NCBI GenBank assembly: GCA_963666975.2
Contig: CAXVYR010000002.1
Span: 160,001 to 224,000, forward strand
DNA: 64,000 nucleotides
Direction: 5' to 3'
Source: Terriglobia bacterium
Lineage (GTDB): Bacteria; Acidobacteriota; Terriglobia; 2-12-FULL-54-10
The first letter of the stretch is position 1. Each line of letters opens with the position of its first letter. The notes beneath the pieces were generated by a model. It did no database searches. It saw only the letters and a program-made list of their open reading frames with translations, and was not told the origin of the DNA. The position numbers and the translations under genes were made by a program. This document shows positions 49,588 to 61,719 of this stretch, piece after piece.

Positions 49588-50658
49588 CTATGGGGTGTCG
49601 GTCGGATTTCCGGTGGAACCCTCTGTCCCTACCGGTTCCAGGAAGATTGCCGTGGTGGAACCGCTCGATGAGGGCCTGCCGGCGGCAGCTTCCGGTTGCG
49701 CAGGTCCCTGCGCAGTCATGGTGGGAGGGCCGGTCTTTCCCTGGGCGGCGCTCACATCGGGATGACGCCGGAACACTCCCATCATTCTACCCCACACCCC
49801 AACGCTGCCCGCATGAGTGTTTTCGTAGGTCATGCGAGCCACCGCTGCCGGGTCGGGTTCGGGAATGGGAGCTTCCATGGCAGCCAGGCGTTTCTTGGCA
49901 TCCTCTACGCGCGGGCTGAGGGGATAATCTCGCACGATGCGGGCGTAGTAATTTGCCGCTTTGGCGGCGGCTTCATCGCCGGATCGTTCCAGCGAGCTTC
50001 CCAACAGGTACAGGGTTTGGTCGGTCCGGCTGAAGTTTGGATAGCGCTCGATCAACTCCTCCAAGCGAGGCTGGGCGGCCTGGTCCGCGCCTTGCAGATG
50101 GTAGAACCGGCAAATATCAAAGGCGCCTTGGGCCAGCACTTCCTGAACCTCCCGCAGCCGCTGCATGGCAAGCGGAACAAAGGGGCCGTCCGGATAGGTG
50201 AGCAATAATTTCTGGAATTCCTGCTCGGCTCTGCGGGCTCGCGAGGGGTCGCGGTCGGGTTTTTCCATCGCCCGGTAGTGAATCATAGACACCCGCATCT
50301 GGGCCTCGCCCGCCTCCGGCATGGTGGGGAAGAACGTGATGAAATCACGGTACTCGGCTTCGGCCTGCAACAAGTTGCTGGTGCCGCCCTGGCGATACCA
50401 GGAATCTGCGATGCCCAGTTTGGCCTTGGCTAGATATTCGCTATCCGGATAGGTATTGATCAGCGTTTGGAAGGTCAGGCGTGCGACGGTATAACGGGAG
50501 TGCTCCATATCGTCCACTGCGTGGTCGAACAGTTCCTTGTCGGGCTGCTGCGAATCAGTGATGATAGGGTTATCAATGGGGTTCCGCCGGAGCGAGCATC
50601 CGGAAACAACGGACAACCCGATTGCCAATAGAAGCACCCATCCCGCTTTCGATCTCAT
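49588..50658 (-). CDS. bamD: Outer membrane protein assembly lipoprotein BamD
   Basis: Lipobox VSGC, TPR helices (TYPDSEY, DFITFFP, PDRD). Confidence 0.9.
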   Translation of the reverse strand: MRSKAGWVLLLAIGLSVVSGCSLRRNPIDNPIITDSQQPDKELFDHAVDDMEHSRYTVARLTFQTLINTYPDSEYLAKAKLGIADSWYRQGGTSNLLQAEAEYRDFITFFPTMPEAGEAQMRVSMIHYRAMEKPDRDPSRARRAEQEFQKLLLTYPDGPFVPLAMQRLREVQEVLAQGAFDICRFYHLQGADQAAQPRLEELIERYPNFSRTDQTLYLLGSSLERSGDEAAAKAANYYARIVRDYPLSPRVEDAKKRLAAMEAPIPEPDPAAVARMTYENTHAGSVGVWGRMMGVFRRHPDVSAAQGKTGPPTMTAQGPAQPEAAAGRPSSSGSTTAIFLEPVGTEGSTGNPTDTP

Positions 50659-50721
50659 CTAAAACCCTCCGAAAACTACCGGCCACATCCGTGTCCCCGC
50701 CTTCGGAAACTCTGCCGGAGC

Positions 50722-51396
50722 TCAAATTCGGCTCAAGGTTGCCTCGTTGCTTGCCTTGCGCATCTTTTCCACTGCTTGGCGCGGGTCGCTGCTGTGAAAA
50801 ACGCTTGACCCGGCGACAATCCATTCCGCTCCGGCCCTCACCGCTTCTCCCACGTTCTCCAAATTCAAACCCCCGTCGACCTCAATCCGAAAAGCCAAAT
50901 TATTCTCCCGCCGCACGCGGTCCAGTTGCCGGACTTTCCCTAAAGTATAAGGGATAAACTTCTGTCCCCCAAAGCCCGGATTGACCGTCATCACCAGCAC
51001 AAAGTCCACAATTTCCAGAACCGCCGTGAGGGTTTCAACCGGCGTGGCCGGGTTGATCGCCACGCCCGCCTCCGCGCCGCTCGACCGGATCAGATTCAAG
51101 CTGCGGTCCAGATGCGTGGTAGTTTCCTGATGAACCGACAGCAGATCGGCGCCAGCCTGGACGAATTCGGGTATGTATCCATCCGGCTCCTCGATCATCA
51201 AATGAACGTCCAGCAGAAGGTCCGTGGCGCGGCGAATGGAACTGACTACGGGCGGACCAATGGTGATGTTGGGCACGAAATGGCCATCCATCACATCCAC
51301 GTGGATGCGAGTAGCCCCACCGGCCTTAACGGATTCCATCGCTTCAGCCAAGCGCGCCATATCGGCTGATAATATGGACGGGATAATTTCAACCAT
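50722..51396 (-). CDS. rpe: Ribulose-phosphate 3-epimerase
   Basis: PSILSAD, HVDVMDGHFVPN, MTVNPGFGGQ, EVDGG. Confidence 0.97.
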   Translation of the reverse strand: MVEIIPSILSADMARLAEAMESVKAGGATRIHVDVMDGHFVPNITIGPPVVSSIRRATDLLLDVHLMIEEPDGYIPEFVQAGADLLSVHQETTTHLDRSLNLIRSSGAEAGVAINPATPVETLTAVLEIVDFVLVMTVNPGFGGQKFIPYTLGKVRQLDRVRRENNLAFRIEVDGGLNLENVGEAVRAGAEWIVAGSSVFHSSDPRQAVEKMRKASNEATLSRI

Positions 51397-51567
51397 GTCG
51401 TGGCATTCCTGAAAGTTGGGTCATTCCTGCATAGGGTTGTGAAGCAATATTTTAGCACAGGTCAGGGAATCTTCCATCGGAGAGTGCAGTTTCTTGCCCC
51501 AAGATGGGCCGGACTCGCCGCAACGGGCCCTCTGCGTCGGGCCGCTGCCGGTGAATGGTAGAATGGC

Positions 51568-51679
51568 AACGCAGTTGAGTAACGCAGTTGAGTAACGAAG
51601 TTGAGTAGCGAGGTTGAGTAATGCAGTTGGGCAACGTAGTTTAGCAAAGAAGTTAAGTAATGAGGTTGAGTAACGAAGT
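51568..51679. repeat. Degenerate 13-bp tandem array, ~8.6 copies (consensus aacg(c/a)agttgagt)
   Basis: aacgcagttgagt x2, aacgaagttgagt, agcgaggttgagt, aatgcagttgggc, aacgtagtttagc, aaagaagttaagt, aatgaggttgagt, aacgaagt. Confidence 0.92.
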
Positions 51680-51748
51680 CCGGTGAAGAATCAGGCAGGT
51701 GCGCATGGTTTCCTGGCCACAGCAGTTTGGTCAGTCCTCTTGATAAAG

Positions 51749-52885
51749 ATGAAACGGAATAGTACAACTGCGCTTTTTCTGATTTGCGCCTTCTTTTTGT
51801 CCGGCTGCCGGCAAGCTGAACTCGAAACCACTGCGCCTACCCTGCGCCAGTACGTTTTTGTCAGCAATGGAAAAAGCAATACAGTAACCGTTGTGGATCT
51901 CGTGACTCTTCGGGTCCGGCGCACGATCCCGGTGGGAAGTGGTCCCACGGGGGTGACGGCCAGCCCCATTCGGAACGAGGTCTACGTGGTCAATACCGGT
52001 TCGGGAACCCTCTCTGTTCTGGATGCCGAAAAACTGGAAGTGGAGGCGGAGGTCGCTGTGGGGCGCTCGCCGTTTTTCCTGGAGCTTTCACCTGACGGAG
52101 AAACCGGCTATGTGGCCAATGCCGGGTCCGGCACCGTCTCCGTCGTGGATTTGCTTGCCCGGAGAGTCAGCAACACCATCGCCACCGGTGAATACCCCGC
52201 ACAGGCCAAAGCCACACCGGACGGAAAACTGCTGGCCGTATCCAACCGGGGAGAAGACACGGTCAGCATCATTGATCTGGAGCAGATGAAAAAGGTCGCC
52301 GACGTGAAGGTGGGAAGCGAGCCGGGTCCTCTGATGGTGCTCCCCGACAGCTCGCAGGTATTTGTCGGCAACACGGGCAGCGGCAATATTTCAGCAATCG
52401 ATCTCGTGTCGCGCCAACTGATTACGCATCTGGAGTCTGGGCAGTCGCCCGCGAGCCTAACCTTAAAACCGGACGGAGGGGAGTTGTTTGTGACCAATTT
52501 CCACTCCGATTCGGTGACGGTGATCAATACCTATGCCGACGAGGTGACAGAAAACCTCCGGGCGGGTTCCAACCCCAGCCGCGCCGTGGTGAATCGCGCC
52601 GGGACGTTGCTTTATATTTCAAATTTTGGCTCCAACAGCGTCTCGGTGCTCGACGTCAACAACCGCAGGGTGCTGGCTTCTGTTCCCGTGGGAGCGCAAC
52701 CGGATGCGCTGGCGCTTACCCCGGATGATCATTATCTGCTGGTCCTCAACAGTCTTTCGAGCGAGATGGCCGTCGTCGATACGGCTGTGAGGTCTCTTTT
52801 CACTTTGGTGCCTTTGGGTCTCGGTCCTCGCGATCTCGCCATCAAGGTTTTCCACGGCCCTCCCGTTGTATCTTCTCCGCAATGA
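51749..52885 (+). CDS. YVTN/YncE-family beta-propeller lipoprotein
   Basis: Lipobox LSGC; ~42-aa repeats YV.N..S.TVSV.D. Confidence 0.88.
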   Translation: MKRNSTTALFLICAFFLSGCRQAELETTAPTLRQYVFVSNGKSNTVTVVDLVTLRVRRTIPVGSGPTGVTASPIRNEVYVVNTGSGTLSVLDAEKLEVEAEVAVGRSPFFLELSPDGETGYVANAGSGTVSVVDLLARRVSNTIATGEYPAQAKATPDGKLLAVSNRGEDTVSIIDLEQMKKVADVKVGSEPGPLMVLPDSSQVFVGNTGSGNISAIDLVSRQLITHLESGQSPASLTLKPDGGELFVTNFHSDSVTVINTYADEVTENLRAGSNPSRAVVNRAGTLLYISNFGSNSVSVLDVNNRRVLASVPVGAQPDALALTPDDHYLLVLNSLSSEMAVVDTAVRSLFTLVPLGLGPRDLAIKVFHGPPVVSSPQ

Positions 52886-52952
52886 CAACCCGCAATGAAA
52901 AAATGACGAGCGGTTCCGGGCTAGTCTTCAGCTTGCCACTGCGCAGGACGTT

Positions 52953-53921
52953 TTAGGATAAAGGGGCCGTGGTAAGGAAGGTTTTGGAGATGCGGTCATG
53001 CCAGGAGAGGTGCTCTTCGTCAACGGCAGCCCATAGATAACCCAGGAAGAACGACCCGGCGCTGGCAACTGCCCCCAGCAGACGCCAGAAAAGTTGCCGG
53101 CGTGAGGCGGGGATTCCGTCGAAGTTCACCAGGCGGAGCCCCAGCCGGTGCATCCCCGGCGTGGCGCCTGTCAGACCGAGAAACAGAACTCCGTACAGAA
53201 ACATAAAAAACAGGTAGGCGCAGATGCCGCTGATCAATAAAAACCGATTTGAAACCAGAGGGCCGGCCATTAGTTTCAGCGTTGCCAGAAACATCAGCAG
53301 GGCCGCCAAGCTGAAAGCGAAGTCGATTCCATGGCCGAGCATCCGCAGCCGGAAGGGCGCTACCGCCGGGGCCGGATAACTGGCCCGTTGCAGAGGAGGC
53401 GCAGGAAAATTCAGCGCAGGTTGTCCTGCCGGAACCGGGCGGGGGCGTCTGGGCTTTCTGCCAGCCGCCGGTCTGCGCGGCGCGCGCGCCGGACGGCCGG
53501 AGGTTGTCCCGATGGGAATGACCTTATTTTCCGCAACAGGCTCTTCCTCAAATTGCAACGGCAGTGTCGGGTTCAGCCGCCGGTGCCGGTAGTCCTGCAC
53601 GCGACCGCTCAAATGCTCTCTCAGGTTTTGCTGCGGCGACGCATGCCCGGAGGCTCTTAGGAAAGGTTCCCGCGGGCGGTTTTCCGCGGTGGTTTGTTTT
53701 GTGCGCGCAGTGTGGGGGAGCGAAAACTCCGGCATGACGCTCGAGGAGGGAAACAGCCCGGGATTGCCTGCGGTCACCGGCTGCGTCGGTTCGGCCTGAG
53801 CTTGGAGGGTTTGCAGTCGCCGCCCGCACTTTTCGCAGCGATATTCGTTCTCCGCGTTGCGATATCCGCAGGCGGGACAATTCCACCACGGCGCGGTTAA
53901 GGCTCTGTCATCATTCGCCAT
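52953..53921 (-). CDS. RDD-family protein with N-terminal zinc ribbon
   Basis: CPAC...CEKC; GATPGM..LGLRLV, WHDRISKT. Confidence 0.85.
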   Translation of the reverse strand: MANDDRALTAPWWNCPACGYRNAENEYRCEKCGRRLQTLQAQAEPTQPVTAGNPGLFPSSSVMPEFSLPHTARTKQTTAENRPREPFLRASGHASPQQNLREHLSGRVQDYRHRRLNPTLPLQFEEEPVAENKVIPIGTTSGRPARAPRRPAAGRKPRRPRPVPAGQPALNFPAPPLQRASYPAPAVAPFRLRMLGHGIDFAFSLAALLMFLATLKLMAGPLVSNRFLLISGICAYLFFMFLYGVLFLGLTGATPGMHRLGLRLVNFDGIPASRRQLFWRLLGAVASAGSFFLGYLWAAVDEEHLSWHDRISKTFLTTAPLS

Positions 53922-54078
53922 TCCATGTCCTGGTGTAACTGGCATCTGTCATCCAGCGGCCTTCATCCGTCATCGGTCTCCATCAAGCATCCATTGCCCA
54001 GGCAACCTTGCAATCTGACCCTGCGCGTGGTAACTTGCCCTCTCTGCTCGGGATTCTCTCAGGCCACATCCGGAGTTC

Positions 54079-56355
54079 ATGAAACACAAGACGCAAGTTC
54101 TTGTTAGCATATCCTGTTTTCTTTGTCAGCTTCTTTCCCTCGTTCCCAGCTTATCCGCTCAGGTGCCTTCTCAGCTACAATCGTCCCCGGCCGTGAAGAT
54201 GACGGCGGACTCCCAGGAGAAAACAGGCGATCTGTATCGTCTGCTGGGTCACGTCGAGCTGGTCTCCGGCGGGATGCGCCTGGCAGCCGACTATGTGACC
54301 TATAACGCGGCTACCGGAGAGCTGACGGCTGACGGAGATGTCCATTTTACCAACACGGTTCGGAACGAAGACATTCGGGCCACCCGGTGTGAGTTTAATC
54401 TGAACACCAACACCGGCAGCTTCTTCCAGGTCGAAGGAAGCGTCGGAGCGCCGGTGACGGGAAGTTCCTCTCTGTTGACGACCACAAATCCTTTCTCTTT
54501 TGTGGCGGAACGCGTCGAGAAGGTGGATGAAGAAACATTCCAGATTTACAACGGAGAAATAACGGCTTGTTCCTTGCCGGATCCAACATGGATTTTCCGG
54601 GCCCCCCGCGCCACCATCAAGCCGGGGGTCAGCCTCAAGCTCTACAACTCGAATTTTCGTCTGCTGAAGGTTCCCATTTTTTATTCTCCCTTTCTCTATC
54701 ATTCTTTGCGCCCCGTTCCCCGCTCCACCGGCTTTCTGATGCCGACCGTCGGCAATAGCTCGCGCTGGGGCACGGTGATCGGAGAATCTTTCTTTTGGGC
54801 CATCAACCGCAGCACCGACGCCGAAATTGCGGGGCGGTACCTGAGCAAGCGGGGATGGTCCCAGCAAGGCACGTTTCGGATGCGGCCAGCCGCCGGCAGC
54901 TATCTGAACGCATCCTATTTTGGCGTCGAGGACCGTGGCTTCGGGCCGCAGAAGATCGACCAGGGGGGACGCACGGTCAGCGCGGAAGGCGTCGCGGAGC
55001 TGCCCGGCGGCGTCCGCGGGGTGGTGAATTTCAACTACTTGAGCTCTCTGACCTTCCGTGAAGCCTTTACCCAGACCTTTAATGAGGCGGTCAATTCCGA
55101 GGTGCACAGCACCGGCTTTCTCAGCAAGAACTTCGATTCCTTTAGCGCGAATATTTCCTTTTCCCGTTTCGAGACTTTCCAAAGTATCCGTCCCAAGGAC
55201 ACCATCAGCATCCGTCATTTGCCCCAAATTGAGTTCAACAGCGTGGAACGCCGGTTGTGGCGCGATCTTCCTCTGTGGTTGTCCTGGGAAAGTTCGGCGG
55301 GAAACGTCAGCCGGAACGAACCGGCGCTTGCGGGCGGAGAGCGCGTGAAAACCTCCACGCTGGAGCGATTCCATGTCTCTCCCCGCATCACCGTTCCGCT
55401 GCGGTGGAAGGAGTTTCGCTTGACGCCCACGTTCGGGGTTCGCGCCATGCACTATGGAGGCCGCCGGGAGCAAGACCGCATCACGGGCGAATCGCTCCAC
55501 CGCGCCACGCAGGAACTTTCCGTGGATTTGGTCTTTCCGCCGATGTCGAAAATCTTTTCCGGGGCAGGGCCGCTTTCTCGCCGCCCGCTGAAACACGTCA
55601 TCGAGCCCAAGGCCACGTTCCGCTACGTCAACGGCGTCCGGGACTTTCAAAGCGTTCTTTTGTTTGACGAACAGGACCTGCTGACCAATACAAGAGAACT
55701 GGAGTACTCGCTCGCCAACCGGCTGCTGTTCAAACGCCAGAGCGGCCACGGCGCGCAGGAAGTCGTCTCCTGGGAGCTGCGGCAGCGCTATTATTTCGAC
55801 CCGCGTTTCGGCGGCGCCGTTGTGGAGGGACGAAGAAATCTATTCCGCACCGCACTGGACCTGAGCAGCCATCCTTTTATCGAAGGACCCCGGCGATTTT
55901 CGCCCGTGGTTTCCCTCTTCCGGTTCCGTCCTTCGGCCCGTTACGACATCGAATTTCGCCAGGACTATGACACCACGCGCGGCCGGCTGACACACGGAGG
56001 CATGGTCGGGAATGCACGCTGGGGAGACGCTTTCGCTTCCGCCAGCCACTTTTTCGTGCGCAGCTCCGAGACGCTTTCTGTGCCCTCCAACCAGGTCCGC
56101 TTCCTGCTCGGCTACGGCAATCTGGCCAGAAGGGGCCTCAACGCAGCCTTTGCGGGAACGTATGACATCCGGAGCGGCTTCATGCAGTTCAGCGCTTTTC
56201 AGGTGAGCTACAACAACAATTGCTGCGGGATCAGCGTGGAGTTCCGCCGCTTCGCGCTGGGTTCCGTGCGGAACGAAAACCAGTTCCGACTGGCCTTTTC
56301 CATCGCCAACGTCGGCACCTTCGGCAACATGAAACGACAGGAGCGTCTCTTTTAG
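54079..56355 (+). CDS. lptD: LPS-assembly protein LptD
   Basis: Signal peptide, OstA-like N-domain, ITACSLPDPTW, RSTGFLMP, YNNNCCG beta-barrel end. Confidence 0.9.
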   Translation: MKHKTQVLVSISCFLCQLLSLVPSLSAQVPSQLQSSPAVKMTADSQEKTGDLYRLLGHVELVSGGMRLAADYVTYNAATGELTADGDVHFTNTVRNEDIRATRCEFNLNTNTGSFFQVEGSVGAPVTGSSSLLTTTNPFSFVAERVEKVDEETFQIYNGEITACSLPDPTWIFRAPRATIKPGVSLKLYNSNFRLLKVPIFYSPFLYHSLRPVPRSTGFLMPTVGNSSRWGTVIGESFFWAINRSTDAEIAGRYLSKRGWSQQGTFRMRPAAGSYLNASYFGVEDRGFGPQKIDQGGRTVSAEGVAELPGGVRGVVNFNYLSSLTFREAFTQTFNEAVNSEVHSTGFLSKNFDSFSANISFSRFETFQSIRPKDTISIRHLPQIEFNSVERRLWRDLPLWLSWESSAGNVSRNEPALAGGERVKTSTLERFHVSPRITVPLRWKEFRLTPTFGVRAMHYGGRREQDRITGESLHRATQELSVDLVFPPMSKIFSGAGPLSRRPLKHVIEPKATFRYVNGVRDFQSVLLFDEQDLLTNTRELEYSLANRLLFKRQSGHGAQEVVSWELRQRYYFDPRFGGAVVEGRRNLFRTALDLSSHPFIEGPRRFSPVVSLFRFRPSARYDIEFRQDYDTTRGRLTHGGMVGNARWGDAFASASHFFVRSSETLSVPSNQVRFLLGYGNLARRGLNAAFAGTYDIRSGFMQFSAFQVSYNNNCCGISVEFRRFALGSVRNENQFRLAFSIANVGTFGNMKRQERLF

Positions 56356-56423
56356 GTCTCCACCGGCTGTGCTATCATCATGGAAATTTGAGGTTGTCAG
56401 TTTAAGGTATCGCGCAAAGAGCA

Positions 56424-57401
56424 ATGTCCTTTCCCGTCACCAGGCCACGGCGTTTGCGACAGAGCGAGTTGCTGCGCTCCTTCGTGCAAGAGACCCGGTT
56501 ATCTCCCAAGAATTTCATCTATCCGTTGTTTGTCTGTCCCGGCTCCGGCGTCAAGCGGGAGATTGCTTCCATGCCGGGGAACTTCCATTTTTCCGTGGAC
56601 CGGATAGGAGAGGAGTGCAAGGAGGTCGCCTCGCTCGGTATCCCGGCGGTGATCCTGTTCGGTATCCCGGAGAAAAAAGACGCGACAGGTTCGGGAGCCT
56701 ACGACGAGCGAGGCATCGTGCCCAAGGCGATCCACGCGATTCGCGAAGCGGTTGGCAATAAGCTGCTGATCGTCTGCGATGTCTGCCTCTGCGAGTACAC
56801 CAGCCACGGCCACTGCGGCGTGGTGAAAGACGGCGAGGTGGACAACGACTCCACGCTGGAACTGCTGGCCCGTGCCTCTGTGAGCTACGCCCGCGCCGGG
56901 GCCGACATCGTGGCGCCTTCTGACATGATGGACGGCCGCGTCGGCGTCATCCGCCGGGCCCTGGACGCCAAGTCGTTCCTCAATGTGGCCATTTTGGCCT
57001 ACTCGGCGAAGTACGCCTCGGTCTTTTACGGGCCGTTCCGCGACGCGGCCGACTCTACGCCCCAATTCGGAGACCGGCGCTCTTACCAGATGGACCCGGC
57101 GAACCAGCGCGAGGCGCTGCGGGAGATTGCCCTGGACATTGAAGAAGGCGCCGACATGGTGATGGTCAAGCCGGCGCTCCCCTACCTGGACGTGATCTGC
57201 CGGGCGCGGCAGGAATTCAACTGCCCGCTGGCCGCTTATCAGGTGAGCGGCGAGTTCAGCATGATCATGGCCGCCGCCAAGCTGGGGTGGATCGACCAGG
57301 AACGCGCCATGATGGAATCGCTCACCGCGATTCGGCGCGCCGGAGCGGACGTGATCCTGACTTATTTTGCCAAAGACGCCGCCCGTTTGCTCGCCGGCTG
57401 A
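56424..57401 (+). CDS. hemB: Porphobilinogen synthase
   Basis: [41 protein letters not shown]. Confidence 0.98.
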   Translation: MSFPVTRPRRLRQSELLRSFVQETRLSPKNFIYPLFVCPGSGVKREIASMPGNFHFSVDRIGEECKEVASLGIPAVILFGIPEKKDATGSGAYDERGIVPKAIHAIREAVGNKLLIVCDVCLCEYTSHGHCGVVKDGEVDNDSTLELLARASVSYARAGADIVAPSDMMDGRVGVIRRALDAKSFLNVAILAYSAKYASVFYGPFRDAADSTPQFGDRRSYQMDPANQREALREIALDIEEGADMVMVKPALPYLDVICRARQEFNCPLAAYQVSGEFSMIMAAAKLGWIDQERAMMESLTAIRRAGADVILTYFAKDAARLLAG

Positions 57402-57405
57402 ACTC

Positions 57406-58344
57406 TCAGCGCCCCGCAGGCACCAGCAAAGTCAGCGCGTCCGGCACCATCTCAATTGTGCAGGGCAGCCGTCCCGCCAGTTCTCCATCCACTTGGAATA
57501 GGATTTTCTTCGGGCTTGAGCCTATTGCTTCGCAGCGAACTTTGCGGGCAGGGAAGCGAACAACATCCGCCAACCTGTCCAACCGTCCCGTCAGCAGAGC
57601 CAGCGAATAGAGAAAATAGCGCAGGCGGTTTCGCGAACGAAAGCAGTACACGAAGAAGCTCTCGGAAAAGAGATCGGCTTCCCGGACCATATGGAAGGGG
57701 CCGTAGTGCCTGGATTTGCTGATGCAGGCAAAGGTGGCCTCCATCTGCCGGTCCTCGGTCGAGACAACAAATGCCGTCTTCGGCTCGAACAATACCTGCC
57801 GGATGGTTTCGAGCACATAGCTGCCTATCCCCAGTAGGTTTTTCCATCGCAGCGCGAGCTTATAGATGATCTGCGCGTCAAACCCCACCCCAGCCATCAG
57901 GAGGAAGTAACGGTTTCCGGCGAGGCCCAGCGCCAGACGACGGGGTGTTGCCGAGGGAATAGCCCGCGCAGCCGCCCTCATATCGCGCGGGAGCCTTAAC
58001 TCTCTGGCCAGGACGTTCGCTGTGCCGCAAGGCAGCACGGCCAAAGGGACGCGGGAATGCGCCATTCCGCAGACCACCTCGTTGATGGTGCCGTCTCCGC
58101 CACAAACCACAATCAAATCCGCCCCGTTTTGGATGGCATCGCGGGCCAATTCTGTTCCCGAGCCGGGGCCGGTCGTCGCCTGAGTCTGCACCGAGACGCC
58201 ATTGCGCTCCAGTTCTTCGGTGGCCGTTCGGATTTGTTGCGGGCGCAGCCTGCGGCGACGTCCCGCTTGCGGGTTGTAGATGAGAACCGCTTTTGTGTAC
58301 TGGGGTGCAGTGGAGAGCCTTTCTGTATGGGGACTGGGAGGCAT
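57406..58344 (-). CDS. Diacylglycerol/lipid kinase family (YegS/BmrU-like)
   Basis: IYNPQAG, GGDGTINEV, PCGTANVLA, GVGFDA, QVDGE. Confidence 0.92.
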   Translation of the reverse strand: MPPSPHTERLSTAPQYTKAVLIYNPQAGRRRRLRPQQIRTATEELERNGVSVQTQATTGPGSGTELARDAIQNGADLIVVCGGDGTINEVVCGMAHSRVPLAVLPCGTANVLARELRLPRDMRAAARAIPSATPRRLALGLAGNRYFLLMAGVGFDAQIIYKLALRWKNLLGIGSYVLETIRQVLFEPKTAFVVSTEDRQMEATFACISKSRHYGPFHMVREADLFSESFFVYCFRSRNRLRYFLYSLALLTGRLDRLADVVRFPARKVRCEAIGSSPKKILFQVDGELAGRLPCTIEMVPDALTLLVPAGR

Positions 58345-58392
58345 TTTCGCAGGATTCCTGCCGGCATCTTGGGGAACTCTTACAATGTATAA

Positions 58393-60504
<2,112 letters not shown>

Positions 60505-60560
60505 GCGAAAGGCCTAAATTCCTCCGAGCGGTATGCTAGACTGCGAAAAGCCAATTTCTT

Positions 60561-60637
60561 GGGCCGGTAGCTCAGTTGGTTAGAGCATCTGCCTTTTAAG
60601 CAGAGGGTCCCGGGTTCGAGTCCCGGCCGGCTCACCA
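60561..60637 (+). tRNA. tRNA-Lys (anticodon TTT)
   Basis: Cloverleaf: gggccgg/ccggctc acceptor stem, tctgc-cttttaa-gcaga anticodon arm, GTTCGAG T-loop, encoded CCA. Confidence 0.96.
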
Positions 60638-60665
60638 TATAAACAAATGGTTTTATTGAAAAACA

Positions 60666-60686
60666 GGGGCCGCCAAAAGCGGCCTC
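60666..60686 (+). terminator. GC-rich hairpin downstream of tRNA-Lys
   Basis: ggggccgc-caaaa-gcggcctc; no strong U-tract. Confidence 0.4.
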
Positions 60687-60742
60687 TGACCCTTCCGGGT
60701 AACGTGCTGGGTAACAATTGAGGGCTGCTAGGGAGGATTTTG

Positions 60743-61480
60743 ATGAATCTATTTCTAAGCTGGTCAGGACCTCGGAGCAAGCATATTGCTGAGTCGCTGA
60801 GAAACTGGATTCCGAAAGTGCTCCAGGCAGTAAAGCCATGGATGTCCGATCAAGACATATCCATGGGCGCACGTTGGTCTCCGGAAATCACTAAGAAACT
60901 CGAAGATTCCAAGGTGGGTGTCATATGCCTTACGCCTGAGAACCAGCACAATCCGTGGCTGATGTTTGAAGCGGGCGCCCTTTCAAAAACAGTGGACCAC
61001 ACCTACGTCTGTCCCTACCTTTTTGACCTCCAGCCAGCCCAGTTATCGGGTCCAATTGCACAGTTCCAAGCGGCACTCGCGAACAACGAAGGAACGTTGG
61101 AAATGATTAAAACACTAAACAAAAGCCTCGAGGGCCTCCATATCCCATCACCGAGGATAGATGAAATCTTCGAAATGTGGTGGTCTAAATTGGAAGAGCA
61201 ACTAGCTCTAACTCCTGAGGAAGGGAAAGAGATCGTTACGGAGAGATCTACCAGCGCGATCCTGGAAGAAGTGCTGCAGAACACCCGGGAACAACTACGC
61301 CGAGAAGAGATTCGGGCGGACGCGAGTAGGCTGCGAGATGAAGTATTGGGAAATATGATGGGCAATTGGCAAGCGTTGTATGCGCCAATATCGAGCACAA
61401 TCTTTCCCGCCGCGTACACTCACGTTCAAAGATCTCACGGCGAAGGAGCGCGAGGCGAAGCCGCTCCCTACGCTAAATGA
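60743..61480 (+). CDS. TIR-domain protein (possible C-terminal frameshift, alternative end 61598)
   Basis: LFLSWSG.RS, PWMSDQDI, CLTPEN..NPWLMFEAGAL (catalytic-type Glu), PIAQFQ. Confidence 0.88.
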   Translation: MNLFLSWSGPRSKHIAESLRNWIPKVLQAVKPWMSDQDISMGARWSPEITKKLEDSKVGVICLTPENQHNPWLMFEAGALSKTVDHTYVCPYLFDLQPAQLSGPIAQFQAALANNEGTLEMIKTLNKSLEGLHIPSPRIDEIFEMWWSKLEEQLALTPEEGKEIVTERSTSAILEEVLQNTREQLRREEIRADASRLRDEVLGNMMGNWQALYAPISSTIFPAAYTHVQRSHGEGARGEAAPYAK

Positions 61481-61719
61481 GTTCATGTCGCAGCGGGGGA
61501 GTGCATTGCCAAGCGCAGATAAACTCGAGGAGAACATTCGTGCTTCGGAAGGGCTAGTAAACCCAGAACCAAAAGCGGACGACGAGTCCGACACATAAGC
61601 GCCCCGCCAGCGGGTGGGCCTAGCGATTTGTCCCCCGTCTGGTCCTGGCGGGAAACTCTTTGAGCTTCCTCCGCCAGTTCCCGCGTTCCTTCTCCGCCGC
61701 CGCGGCCGCTTTTTTTACT

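Noticed and set aside
51568-51679. CRISPR array or repeat-encoding ORF (51452-51634, 51462-51767)
   Set aside because: Units are contiguous 13-mers with no spacers and no cas genes; the ORFs are translation artefacts of the repeat.
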